The notes below the pieces were generated by a model. The model searched no databases and was not told the DNA's origin. It worked only from the letters and a program-made list of their open reading frames with translations. A DNA stretch of 55,852 nt, filler included, from Sandaracinaceae bacterium (lineage in GTDB: Bacteria > Myxococcota_A > Polyangia > Polyangiales > JADJQN01): NCBI GenBank assembly GCA_947483975.1. It is 2 parts of 2 records of this genome, joined end to end, with 100 filler letters (N's around TTAATTAATTAA, not from the genome) between each part and the next. Parts side by side here need not be neighbours in the genome. Positions count along the whole stretch, not along the records: positions 1 to 27,942 come from CANKOL010000023.1; positions 28,043 to 55,852 come from CANKOL010000024.1. One strand, given 5' to 3'. Positions 22,347 through 32,116 of the stretch are shown one piece after another. A program made the translations under genes and the position numbers. Numbering within the stretch: the first letter of the stretch is position 1; every line of letters begins with the position of its first letter.

Positions 22347-23408
22347 TCAGGGCGCGTCGACGGGAACCGCGGGAAGCGCGGCCTGTCGCTCGTCGGCCGC
22401 GAGCGGCGCCAGCGCGCGGTCGGCGCAGGGCGAGTCGCCCTCGACGCGGCAGATGCGGGCGAGCAGCGTGCGCGCGTCGCGGAGGTCCGGGCGCAGGCGC
22501 ACGGCTGCCTCGGCCTGACGCCGTGCCTCCGCGCCATCGTCGCGAGAGAGCGCCACGACCGCGGCCGCGAGGCGAACTCCCGCGTCGAATTCGTCCTCGC
22601 TCAGGAGGTCGCGCACCAGCGCGTCGGCCTCAGCGGTTCGCCCCCTGAGCGCCTCCACCGTCGCGAACCGGACGCGCGCCTCGTGGCCGAGGACGCTGCG
22701 ATCCGCAGCGCGGGAGAGGTCCTCGGCCGCCCCATCGAGGTCCCCGCGCTGCGCCCGCGCGGCGCCGCGGACGAGGCGGGGAGAGGCGGCCTCGGGGTCC
22801 ACCTCGAGGGCGTGGGCGGCGCGCTCCTCCGCGACGACGGGGCGGCCGAGGCGAAGCTCGCACCAGGCGAGCACGCCGAGGGCTTCGGCGTCGGTCGGCG
22901 TCAACTCAGCGAGCCGGAGCAGGTGCGCGCGCGCCTCGACGAAGAGCGACTCCCGCGCGAGGAGGAAGGAGAGGTTGCGGCGGGCCCCCGTCTGACCAGG
23001 GTCGATCGAGAGGGCCTCTTCGTAGTCGCGGCGCGCCTCGCGGAGGCGCTCCGGCGCGCGCTCCGCCATGCGCTCGTGCACGACGCCGAGATCCGCCCAG
23101 GCGAGCGCGAAGTCCGAGTTGAGGTCGACGGCGGTCTGGAGGTGCTGCTCGGCGTCGGCGAGGCGACCGCGCGCGAGGGCGACGAGGCCCAGGTTGGCGT
23201 GCGCCTCGGCGAAGCCAGGCTGGTACTCGAGCGCGAGGCGGAAGCGCGCCTCGGCCTCATCGAGACGGCCGGCGGCGAGGTGCTCGGCGCCTGCGCGGTC
23301 GTGCTCGAGGGCGACGCGCGGGAGGGACGCCGCGCCGCACGCCGAGGCGAGCAGCGCGAGCGGTACGGAGAGAACGAGCGCAGAGCAGGTGGGGAAGGTC
23401 GCGTTCAC
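22347..23408 (-). CDS. Tetratricopeptide-repeat lipoprotein
   Basis: Lipobox LLASAC followed by TPRs ([29 protein letters not shown]). Start GTG 23408 is uncertain. Confidence 0.8.
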   Translation of the reverse strand: MNATFPTCSALVLSVPLALLASACGAASLPRVALEHDRAGAEHLAAGRLDEAEARFRLALEYQPGFAEAHANLGLVALARGRLADAEQHLQTAVDLNSDFALAWADLGVVHERMAERAPERLREARRDYEEALSIDPGQTGARRNLSFLLARESLFVEARAHLLRLAELTPTDAEALGVLAWCELRLGRPVVAEERAAHALEVDPEAASPRLVRGAARAQRGDLDGAAEDLSRAADRSVLGHEARVRFATVEALRGRTAEADALVRDLLSEDEFDAGVRLAAAVVALSRDDGAEARRQAEAAVRLRPDLRDARTLLARICRVEGDSPCADRALAPLAADERQAALPAVPVDAP

Positions 23409-23524
23409 GGGGCGTCTCCGGTCGAAGGGACTGGGAATGGACGCCCGCGTTATCGCGGGAGGTGCGCGCTGGTTGCTCACGAGACCGAGCCCAGCCGCCG
23501 AGGCGGGAGGGCTCGGTGGACGAC

Positions 23525-26500
23525 TCAGCGGGGCGGTGCTGCGGCCGCGGGGCGATCGGCGGTGACGGGCACCTCGGCGAGCGTGCCATCGGGCGCGAGG
23601 CGGTAGCGGCGGGCGCGGGTCTCGCGCGAGAGCCGCACCTCGAGCTTCTGGATGCGCTGCTCGGGCGTGCCGGGCGCGACGATCACGAGCAGCTGCGCCT
23701 CGGTGTCGCGGAGCGCGTCGCGGTCCTCGCGGCGCACCTCGAAGAGATAGTCGCCGTCCTCGCGCTCGGTGACGCGCACCGCCTCGATGCCGAACTCCGG
23801 ACCGCTCGCCGAAGGGCGCTCCCACGAGACGTCGGGCGGCGTGCTCGGATAGCGCGCGTAGAGCGTCGGGCGGTCGTCCGGGTGGTCCCAGGTGAGCGCC
23901 GCGAAGAGCGCCGGCGGGTCGCGGAAGGCGCCAGCGCCACGCTCGCGCTCACGCACCTGCGCGAGGAGCGCGGGGTCTTGCGCGTCGGCGCGGAGGCGCG
24001 CCAAGCGCACGAGCGTCCACAGCCGCGCGAAGCCAGCGGCGCCGGTCTCGACGCCTGGATCGACGCTCTCGGCGAGGCGCTGCTCGAGGCGGAGCGCCTC
24101 GTCGAGGCGACCCGCGTCCGCCGCCGCGCGCGCCATCAGCAGCATCACCGCGCCGTCGTTCGGCTTGAGTCGCGCGAGCATCTGGTACTCGCGGTAGGCG
24201 TCGTCCGCCCAGCCGTGCGCGCGGTAGAGGTCGCCGAGGCGCTGACGCGCCCAGGGATCGAGCGGCGCGAGCTCGACGATCTCGCTGAAGACGCGGCGCG
24301 CCTCCTTCTCGTCGTGCTGCCGCAGCCAGAACTCGCCCACCGCCGTGCGCACGCGGGCGTCGGCGAGCGGCTCCGCGCGCAGCTCGCGGGCGAGGCGCTT
24401 CGCCTCGGGGAGCGCGTTCGTCTCCTCGAGCAGCGAGAGCAAGCGCAGGCGCAGGTCCATCTCGTCGGGCGCGACCTCGAGCCAGCGCCGCACGAGCGCG
24501 AGGCGCAGCGTGGGGGTCGAGAGCGAGCGGAAGAGGCGCGAGAAGAACTCCCAGTCGACGGGCACTTCGAGCCCGAGCCCCTCGCGGACGGCGTCGACGT
24601 CCCAGGGCGTGCGCACGTTGCGCAGGATCGCGCGGCGCAGATAGACCGCGACGGCGCCGTCGCCGCGCAGCGCCTGATAGAGCAGCACCTGCTGGCTCAC
24701 GCCGCCCACGTGCTGGAGCAGCTTGTCGATCAGCGCGCGCCGGTCGCGCCAGGTCTTCAGCTCGCAGTTCGCGAGCGCCTCGCGCCACACGCTGAGCGCG
24801 CCGTCGATGCCGGGGTTCGCGGTCAGCCGCTCGCGCCAGAGCGAAGCGCGCACCTCGAGCTCCTGATTGGACGCGTCGCTGCAGCGGCGGCGAGTGCCGA
24901 TCGCGCGCGTCGGCATCGCGAAGTTGAAGATGTGCGAGACGCTGACGACGCCGGTCGAGCCCGTCGCCGGGAAGCGCAATCCGCGCACCTCCGTGAGCAC
25001 GCACGCCGAGACCTCTGGGTCGCCGAGCGAGTCGTTCGCGAGGTCGAGCTTCGCGACGCGACCCGTGCCGTCGACCTGGATCGCGACGCCGACGTAGCCA
25101 GAGAGGTCGGGCCGCACGACGAGCCTGCGCTCGAAGCAGCCCTGCGGTCCGCGACCGCCGAGCTCGAGCGTGCGCTTGACGGACGCCTGCGCGAGCCCGC
25201 CGTCGCCAGCGGTGGCGTGTCCGGAGGTGAGCCCCGGCCCGGTCAGGACGTCGCTCGCGCTCGACACGCGCGGGCTCCACGTCGCCTCGGGGAGCGCCGC
25301 GGGCTCTTGCTCGACGCGGCGCGAACGCCGCCTCCAGCCGGTGCCGCCGCCGAGCTCCTCGGCGCTGAGGGTCGCGCCTCCGCCGCCGAGGTCGTAGGCG
25401 ATGTCGACGGGGTCGCGGTCGAAGCCGCGGATCGGCGTGAAGGTGCCGCCGGGCACGCCGCCGACGACGAGCGAGGTCCACGGCGTCACGATGCTGAAGC
25501 GCACGCCGAGCTCCACGAGCGCCTCGCGGCCCGCGTCCTCGTCGAGCAGCTCGGAGAGGCGCGCGCTCGCCCAGCGCCGTCGCACGTCGCCGCCATCGTC
25601 GAGGCTGCGGTTCTCGACGGCGAGCGTGCGCACGACGGGCCGCCCGTCGCGGGTCCCGCGCAGCGTGATCGTCGCGGGCAGGTCCCCGCGCAGGCGACCG
25701 ACGAGGCGCAGATGCGCGCCCTGCTCGACGACGATCGGCGCGCGCGGGTAGACGCGCTCCACGGTCGGGCCGACGTCCACCGACACTCCACGCAGCGTCG
25801 GTCGTGCGGCCTCCGCGAGCACGCCCATCACCGCGCGCGCGGCCTCGGTCCGCTCGCGCACGGGCGAAGCCTGGCCGCCGAAGAGCCCGCGCAGGAGGTC
25901 GACGTTGGCGCCGTCGCCGACGCCGAGCGCGAAGAATCGCGGGGGATTCTCGATGGCCGCGAGGGCGGCGCGCACCGAGGTCATGTCGACGGCGCCGGTC
26001 GTCGGGACGCCATCGCCGAGGTAGAGCACCGCGCCGCGCGGCTTGCCCGCGACGAGCGCAGCGGCGTCTCGGAGCGCGCGCGCGAGGTCGGTCGCGCCAC
26101 CGAGCTCGACGCGCCCGAGCGCGCTGAGGATCGACTCGGCGGTCTCCGCCGAAGCAGGCGCGAGCCCCGGGGGCACGCCGTCCGGTGCGTGCGCCGTCAC
26201 GTCGGCGAGCCGGATCGCGAGCTCGTCCGTGGGGGCGAGCTGACGCGTGACCGCCTCGACGATGCTGCGCGCGAGCTCGAGGCTCTCGGGCTCGGTGCCG
26301 CCGCTGACGTCGACGAGCAGCACGAGCGAGAGCGGCGCGTCCGCGGGCTCGTCGGCGTCGTCCTCTGCGGGGACGTCGAGCAGCACATAGCGCTCGTCGC
26401 CCTCGGCGCTGCCGCGATCGTTGCGTCCGACGTTGATCACGTAGGCGGGGGCGATGCCCGCCTTGGGCGCCTTCGCGTCGACGAGGTCGAGGTAGAAGTC

Positions 26501-27784
26501 CGCGCGCGGGCGGAAGTCGCTGCGCCGCAGCACGACCTTGCCGCCCTCGACGCGCGCGCCCATGCCCGCGCGGTAGGCACCGACCTGCGCGCTGCGCGTG
26601 TCGACCTCGAGCACGAACTCGCCGATCAGCTGCGGCTCACCGTCGCTCGCCATCGGATAGACGTAGGTGCGCGTGTCGCCGTGCCGATCGAGCCACTCCG
26701 TATAACGCAGCTTGATGCGCACGCTCGCGCCCGCCGCGACGGGATACACACGCGCGCGCAGGCGGTCCGGGCCGTCGTACGCGAGCGAGCTCAGGGTCAT
26801 CGACGGATCGGCCCACACGAGCTCGTAGCCTTGCTGCGTCGCGAGGGAGCTGACCTGCGCGTCGACGAAGCCGTTGCCCGTGTCGACGGCGAACGAGGCG
26901 ACGCTCGCGCCCTGCGGCAGGCGCACGCGATACTCGGCCTCGAGCACGTCGCTGCGCGCGTTGAAGAACGTCTGCTCGATCTCCGTCGTCGCGAGGTCCC
27001 CGTTGACGGCGACCTTCACGGCGTGCCCGCGCACCGCGAGCGGAGTGCGCGCGACGCCTAGCTCGTCGAGGCGACGGCCAGCGAGCACGCCGATCGCGGA
27101 GGCGCTCGCTTGAGAGCGCGGCGTCGGGTCGGCGAGCCCGCCGGTCCAGTCGTCCCAAAGGGCCTCCCCGGCGACCGTCGGCGCGCCCGAGATCGGGAGC
27201 TTCGCCGTCTCGCCCTGCGCGATGCGGCCCTCGCCGCCAGGCGCGCGATACGTCACCTCGCCCGACGCGCAATAGATCTCCGCGCCCTGCGGCGTCAGCG
27301 ACACTGCGTAGGTCGCGCCCTCCGCCGTCAGCGTGCCGTGCCCGGTGTCCAGCGTCGTCTCGTCGGCGCTGCGGGCGTCCACCCAGACGCGCCCCTTCGT
27401 GAGCACGAGCTTCGTCAGCGCGAACTTCGCCTCTGCGCCGCGATCGAAGAGCACCCACGCGCCGGAGTCCATCAACACGGTGCCGCGCCCATCGGCGCCG
27501 GCGGCCACGGTCGCGCCGTCCTCCACGCGCGCGGGCCCTCGGACGCGGTCGGAGTGACCACCGCGCTCCACCGTGAAGCCGCCTCGGATCACGTGCGCGA
27601 GCCCGACCGTCGGCGCCGGATCGGGCTTGCCTCCGCACCCGACGAGCGAGGCGAGCGCGATGGCCGCGACCGACACGGCCGCGACCGACACGGCCGCGAC
27701 CGACACGGCCGCGCAGGCGGGCGACCGCAGAGACACGGCGAAGAACCGGTGGCCGCGCGTGGGTGAACCAAGCGGTCTGAGCAT
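23525..27784 (-). CDS. Large secreted FecR-like / VIT / vWA / AgmX-PglI(TonB-C)-like / TPR multidomain protein
   Basis: Lipobox ASLVGC; VIT (ATTEIEQTFFN..EAEYRVRLP), vWA (LLVDVSGG, GATDLARAL, LYLGDG), IVTPWTSLVV, GCFERRL...ACVL...LRFP, TPRs (FSEIVELAPLDP). Start ATG 27784. Confidence 0.8.
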   Translation of the reverse strand: MLRPLGSPTRGHRFFAVSLRSPACAAVSVAAVSVAAVSVAAIALASLVGCGGKPDPAPTVGLAHVIRGGFTVERGGHSDRVRGPARVEDGATVAAGADGRGTVLMDSGAWVLFDRGAEAKFALTKLVLTKGRVWVDARSADETTLDTGHGTLTAEGATYAVSLTPQGAEIYCASGEVTYRAPGGEGRIAQGETAKLPISGAPTVAGEALWDDWTGGLADPTPRSQASASAIGVLAGRRLDELGVARTPLAVRGHAVKVAVNGDLATTEIEQTFFNARSDVLEAEYRVRLPQGASVASFAVDTGNGFVDAQVSSLATQQGYELVWADPSMTLSSLAYDGPDRLRARVYPVAAGASVRIKLRYTEWLDRHGDTRTYVYPMASDGEPQLIGEFVLEVDTRSAQVGAYRAGMGARVEGGKVVLRRSDFRPRADFYLDLVDAKAPKAGIAPAYVINVGRNDRGSAEGDERYVLLDVPAEDDADEPADAPLSLVLLVDVSGGTEPESLELARSIVEAVTRQLAPTDELAIRLADVTAHAPDGVPPGLAPASAETAESILSALGRVELGGATDLARALRDAAALVAGKPRGAVLYLGDGVPTTGAVDMTSVRAALAAIENPPRFFALGVGDGANVDLLRGLFGGQASPVRERTEAARAVMGVLAEAARPTLRGVSVDVGPTVERVYPRAPIVVEQGAHLRLVGRLRGDLPATITLRGTRDGRPVVRTLAVENRSLDDGGDVRRRWASARLSELLDEDAGREALVELGVRFSIVTPWTSLVVGGVPGGTFTPIRGFDRDPVDIAYDLGGGGATLSAEELGGGTGWRRRSRRVEQEPAALPEATWSPRVSSASDVLTGPGLTSGHATAGDGGLAQASVKRTLELGGRGPQGCFERRLVVRPDLSGYVGVAIQVDGTGRVAKLDLANDSLGDPEVSACVLTEVRGLRFPATGSTGVVSVSHIFNFAMPTRAIGTRRRCSDASNQELEVRASLWRERLTANPGIDGALSVWREALANCELKTWRDRRALIDKLLQHVGGVSQQVLLYQALRGDGAVAVYLRRAILRNVRTPWDVDAVREGLGLEVPVDWEFFSRLFRSLSTPTLRLALVRRWLEVAPDEMDLRLRLLSLLEETNALPEAKRLARELRAEPLADARVRTAVGEFWLRQHDEKEARRVFSEIVELAPLDPWARQRLGDLYRAHGWADDAYREYQMLARLKPNDGAVMLLMARAAADAGRLDEALRLEQRLAESVDPGVETGAAGFARLWTLVRLARLRADAQDPALLAQVRERERGAGAFRDPPALFAALTWDHPDDRPTLYARYPSTPPDVSWERPSASGPEFGIEAVRVTEREDGDYLFEVRREDRDALRDTEAQLLVIVAPGTPEQRIQKLEVRLSRETRARRYRLAPDGTLAEVPVTADRPAAAAPPR
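27662..27713. repeat. 15-bp perfect tandem repeat x3.5 (AAVSV in signal peptide)
   Basis: ggccgcgaccgacac repeated at 27662, 27677 and 27692, plus a partial copy. Confidence 0.92.
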
Positions 27785-27789
27785 GTCGA

Positions 27790-27942
27790 TCACATTCCCT
27801 CCAGGGAGCTCGCTGCAGAACTGAGCGCCGCCTGCGTGAGCGCGTCCGCGCCGACGTGCCAAGCGTAGGCGCGGTGCGTCGCGTCGAAGCGCAGCGGCAC
27901 GACCTCGATCTTCTCGCTCGCGGTGCCTTCGTTCCACACGAC
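27790..27942 (-). CDS. C-terminal end of upstream gene, probably a paralogue of the VIT protein (truncated by contig end)
   Basis: Reads VVWNEGTASEKIEVVPLRFDATHRAYAWHV...EGM*, resembling the VIT protein C-terminus VIVAPGTPEQRIQKLEVRL. Stop lies 5 bp before the next ATG. Confidence 0.55.
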   Translation of the reverse strand, partial: VVWNEGTASEKIEVVPLRFDATHRAYAWHVGADALTQAALSSAASSLEGM

Positions 27943-28042
27943 NNNNNNNNNNNNNNNNNNNNNNNNNNNNNNNNNNNNNNNNNNNNTTAATTAATTAANN
28001 NNNNNNNNNNNNNNNNNNNNNNNNNNNNNNNNNNNNNNNNNN
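27943..28042. other. Artificial contig-joining spacer
   Basis: 44 N + TTAATTAATTAA (stops in all six frames) + 44 N, exactly 100 bp. Confidence 0.97.
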
Positions 28043-29347
28043 CGGTCCATCCCGGCGCGGTCCACGATCGCCTTGGGGTGCGGCACGGTCGTCGCGCGCG
28101 GCAGGACGGGCACGGTCGTCGCGGCCTGGAGCCCGCGGCCCCGCGCCCGCGGGTGCTGCGCCGCCCCAAGCGCGCTTGGGCGCTGCGTCGCCGCTCTTGG
28201 ACGGCCGCGACGGACTCGGTGCCGCTGCGCGCTCGGCCGGAGCCTCGTCCGCGTCGTCCTCCTCGTCCTCGTCGTCCTCCTCGTCTCCCTCGTCGTCGTC
28301 CTCGCCGCCGTCATCGGCGTCCGCGCCGTCCTCGTCCGCGTCGTCGGCCGCAGCCTCGACCTGGAGAGGCTCCTCGCCTTCTTCGTCGTCTTCGTCCGAC
28401 TCTTCGTCCTCGTCCGACTCTTCGTCCTCGTCGTCGTCGCCGTCGGGCCCAGCGGCGAGGCTCTCCTCGTCGTCCTCGGCATCCGCCGCGCTGTCGAACG
28501 CGGGCGCATCCTCGCTCGACGCGTCCTCGCTCGCAGCCTCAGCCGCCGCGGGCGCAGCGGCGGGGGCCGCCTTCGCGGCGACGTCCTCGCCCTCGTTCAC
28601 CTTCCGGGCGTCGACGCGCCAGGCGGCGTTGCTCTTGCGTTCGACCACGCCGGCGAGCGCGTCCTGCGCTCGGGCGTCCTCGTCCTCGCGCGCGAACGGC
28701 CCGAGCAGCTGGGCCGCCGCGCTCAGGGCCTCCGACACGCGGGTCACGGGCACGAACATGACGATCATGTCGCCCTCGTCCGTCTGCTCGACGTGAGAGC
28801 CGGGGGCTGCGCCCACCTCTGCGAACGCAGCCTCGACGCGCATCCAGATCGCGACCGTGCGCTCCTCGAGCGGCTCCGGGAAACCGCCCTCGACCTCCAT
28901 GACCATCGCCCGCGCGTCCGCCGCCTTCAGGCTCAGCACGCTCTCGACGAAGGCGTCGAAGCTCGTGATGCTGCGCCCACGCCAGATGCCCGTCCGTGCG
29001 GCGTGCGCGAGCGCCTCGCCGAGCGCGTACCGCGCCTCTTCGTCGCCCTCGCGGAAGGCCGCGACGAGCTCCTGAATCAGCGGCAGATGCGCGTCGTAGA
29101 CCGCGCGCGCATGCCGATTGGCCACGCCCGAGACGAGGTACACGGCGCGCGGGTCATCGAGGCGGGTCGCCGGGCGCGGACGCGCGATGCGCTTGTCCTC
29201 GCTGTTGGCGAACGCCTCGAGGTCCGGCGGCAGCCGCTTTCGGTCGGCGGGAGCGTGGCGCACGACCTTCATCGGGCCCACCTTCTCCTCCGCGGGGGTT
29301 GCGACCGACTTCTTCCCACGTTGAACAGGCGGCTTTTCTTTAGGCAT
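28043..29347 (-). CDS. Hypothetical protein with acidic and Arg/Gly/Asp-rich disordered C-terminus (3'-truncated)
   Basis: ATG 29347 (MPKEKPP), helical N-terminal region, long D/E tract, then RDDR/GPR repeats running into the gap. Confidence 0.75.
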
Positions 29348-29503
29348 GGCGAGGCCGGGTGTAGCACCCGCGCCGCTGGACGCCTCCCGAGCGGTCCCCC
29401 TTTTTTCCCCTTGCAGGCCGGGACCAGATCCGTACACTCCGCAGCCCTTGCCCACGAGGGGTCTCTTCGGAGTCACTCTCAGGGCTGCAGAAAAGGACGA
29501 TTC

Positions 29504-29812
29504 ATGTACGCAGTCATCCGCACGGGCGGCAAGCAGTACCGAGTGACCGAAGGCGACCGCGTTCGCGTCGAGAAGCTCGAGGGTGAGGTCGGCTCGACGC
29601 TCGTGATCGACGACGTGCTCATGGTGGGCGGCGAGACCGTCTCCATCGGCAAGCCGGTCGTCGCTGGCGCCAAGGTGACCGCGACGATCACGGGGCAGGA
29701 CCGAGCGAAGAAGGTCATCGTCTTCAAGTTCCGCCGCCGCAAGAACTACCGCCGGAAGAACGGGCACCGTCAGCCCTACACCGAGCTCAAGATCACCGGA
29801 GTGTCGGCCTGA
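29504..29812 (+). CDS. rplU: 50S ribosomal protein L21
   Basis: [14 protein letters not shown]...[23 protein letters not shown] upstream. Confidence 0.98.
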   Translation: MYAVIRTGGKQYRVTEGDRVRVEKLEGEVGSTLVIDDVLMVGGETVSIGKPVVAGAKVTATITGQDRAKKVIVFKFRRRKNYRRKNGHRQPYTELKITGVSA

Positions 29813-29842
29813 TCGGCTGACCGAGAGACAAGGGTACGGACC

Positions 29843-30184
29843 ATGGCTCATAAAAAAGGCGGCGGCTCCACTCGCAACGGTCGTGACTCCGGCGCGCAAT
29901 ATCGCGGAGTGAAGATCTACGCGGGACAAGAGATCACCGCGGGCAGCATTCTCGTCCGGCAGGTCGGCTCGACCTTCCACGCGGGCAACAACGTCGGAGT
30001 CGGCAGCGACTTCACGCTCTACTCGCGGATCGACGGCATCGTGCGCTACGAGCGCCTCGGCCGCGACCGCAAGAAGATCAGCGTCTACGAGCCAGCGGAT
30101 CCGCGCCTCACGGCAGCGGCACCGACGCGCGGCGTCTACGCCCAGAAGAAGAACGCGAACGCGAAGGTCGTCGCCCCGGCCTGA
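29843..30184 (+). CDS. rpmA: 50S ribosomal protein L27
   Basis: [30 protein letters not shown]; follows rplU. Confidence 0.98.
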   Translation: MAHKKGGGSTRNGRDSGAQYRGVKIYAGQEITAGSILVRQVGSTFHAGNNVGVGSDFTLYSRIDGIVRYERLGRDRKKISVYEPADPRLTAAAPTRGVYAQKKNANAKVVAPA

Positions 30185-30255
30185 CGGTCCAGCATCACGC
30201 TGGACCTCGCCGAGCGAGTTCCTAGAGCTATCGATTGGTAGCTATCGAGTAGAAC

Positions 30256-30287
30256 GACGCCGCCCGGCTCCCTGGGCGGCGTTTTTC
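30256..30287 (+). terminator. Rho-independent terminator after rpmA
   Basis: Stem acgccgcccgg / cctgggcggcgt followed by a T run. Confidence 0.8.
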
Positions 30288-30336
30288 GTGTTGTGACGCT
30301 GAAGTCCGCGACGACCGGGGTGCTACAGTCCCCAGC

Positions 30337-31959
30337 GTGCAAGCTCCGGATGCCTCTGAGGAGGCGGGTGCCGTCGTAGAGTCCAGCGGATCGTCGAACG
30401 GCTCGCTCCCCGGTGCGTCGGCGCAGCTGCTGCTGCCGATGCCCGAGCTGCGCCTCTCTGCCGAGACGGGCGCCGCACCGACTCGCGTGCAGCGCGTGTA
30501 CGTCAATCGGAACCTGCGGCTCGATCACATCGACGCCGTCGGCTTCGACATGGACTACACGCTCGCGATCTACAACCAGCCTGAGATGGATCGTCTCAGC
30601 ATCGAGTCGACGATCCACAAGCTGATCGAGCGCGGCTATCCGGAGGGGCTGCGCACGATGCCGTATCGCACCGACTTCGCGATACGCGGGCTGCTGATCG
30701 ACAAGAAGCTCGGCAATGTGCTGAAGATGGACCGCTATCGGTACGTGAAGAAGGCGTACCACGGCACACGCGAACTCTCGCGCGAGGAGCGCCGCGCGCT
30801 CTATCACACGCAGCGAATCCGCGTCGGCACGCCCCGCTATCACTGGGTCGATACGCTCTATGCGCTCAGCGAAGTGTGCGTGTTCGCGGCGGCGATCGAC
30901 TTCCTCGAGAAGGGCGGCGGCGACGTGGATTACGCGACGCTGTTCACGGATGTGCGCTCGAGCATCGACCTCGCGCACCAAGACGGCTCCATCCTCAACA
31001 CGGTGATGTCGGATCTGCCGCGCTTCGTGCGCCGCGATCCGCTGCTCGGCGCGACGCTGCACAAGCTGCGCAGCGCGGGTAAGCGGCTCTTCGTGCTGAC
31101 GAACAGCCGCGCTGCGTACACCGAGACGATGATGACGTACCTCGTCGGCGATGCGTTGCCGGAGTACCCGTCGTGGCGAAACTACTTCGACGTGATCATC
31201 ACGGCGGCGGGCAAGCCGCGCTTCTTCACGGAGGATGCGGCGCTCCTCGAGGTCGGCGAGGACGGCGCGACGACCGCGCACGTCGCGACTCAGCTGGAGC
31301 GCGGCCGTGTGTATTCGGGCGGCAACATCGTCGAGTTCGAGCGCCTCTTCGAGACCGGCGGAGATCGCATCCTCTACGTCGGCGACCACATCTACGGCGA
31401 CGTGCTGCGCGCGAAGAAAGACAGCGCCTGGCGCACCGCGATGATCGTGCAGGAGATGGCCGAGGAGCTCGCCGCGCACGAGCTCTGCGTCGATGACCTC
31501 GAGCGGCTGAGCACGCTCGAGCATCTGCGCGACACGATGTACGACGCGCTCCGCTCGCGTCAGCGCCGCTTCAAGGAGCTCACCAAGCAGCTCGAGGAGC
31601 TCGAGGCGCTCCAGACCTCCGCCACGAGCGTCGGCGAGGAGGCGGCGGGGCAGGGGCTCGAGGCGCCGACGCGCGGGGAGCTCGAGGTCGCGCGCCTCCG
31701 CGAGAAGCGCGCGATCGGTCGAGTGCGGCTGCGCCTGCGCTCCGTCGACACCGAGGTCGAGACGATCGAGGACAGCGTCGACCGAGCGTTTCACGCGTTC
31801 TGGGGCTCGCTGTTCAAGTCGGGGCCCGAGGTCAGCATCTTCGGCGATCAGGTCGAGGACTACGCGTGCCTCTACACCGAGCGAGTCTCGAATCTGCTCG
31901 TGTACTCGCCGATGCATTACTTTCGCTCGCCGCGCGATCGAATGCCTCACGAGCTCTGA
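30337..31959 (+). CDS. HAD-IG family 5'-nucleotidase (cN-II-like)
   Basis: VYVNRNL, GFDMDYTL, LTNS, AGKPRFF, LYVGDHIYGDV, WRTAMIVQE, MPHE. Start uncertain. Confidence 0.92.
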   Translation: MQAPDASEEAGAVVESSGSSNGSLPGASAQLLLPMPELRLSAETGAAPTRVQRVYVNRNLRLDHIDAVGFDMDYTLAIYNQPEMDRLSIESTIHKLIERGYPEGLRTMPYRTDFAIRGLLIDKKLGNVLKMDRYRYVKKAYHGTRELSREERRALYHTQRIRVGTPRYHWVDTLYALSEVCVFAAAIDFLEKGGGDVDYATLFTDVRSSIDLAHQDGSILNTVMSDLPRFVRRDPLLGATLHKLRSAGKRLFVLTNSRAAYTETMMTYLVGDALPEYPSWRNYFDVIITAAGKPRFFTEDAALLEVGEDGATTAHVATQLERGRVYSGGNIVEFERLFETGGDRILYVGDHIYGDVLRAKKDSAWRTAMIVQEMAEELAAHELCVDDLERLSTLEHLRDTMYDALRSRQRRFKELTKQLEELEALQTSATSVGEEAAGQGLEAPTRGELEVARLREKRAIGRVRLRLRSVDTEVETIEDSVDRAFHAFWGSLFKSGPEVSIFGDQVEDYACLYTERVSNLLVYSPMHYFRSPRDRMPHEL

Positions 31960-32116
31960 GTCGGGCGTCGCGCGCGCTCGCCGTCGAGCGCGAAGTCGTC
32001 GCCGCGTTTGACGGCGCGGAGCCCGACGGTTACCGTCCGGGGTTCTGACGTGCGCACCTGCGCGCGCGCCAATCGAGCGGCGTCGGATGATGCCGCGAGC
32101 TTCGGGAGGACGACGA

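Noticed and set aside
27987..27998. TTAATTAATTAA as a biological AT-rich site
   Set aside because: Centred in symmetric N runs; a standard six-frame stop linker.
27995..29980. Extended starts given by the ORF track (29980, 52554, 45687, 11186, 3036, 28073 etc.)
   Set aside because: The extensions overlap neighbouring genes; internal starts with an RBS or stop-start coupling fit better.
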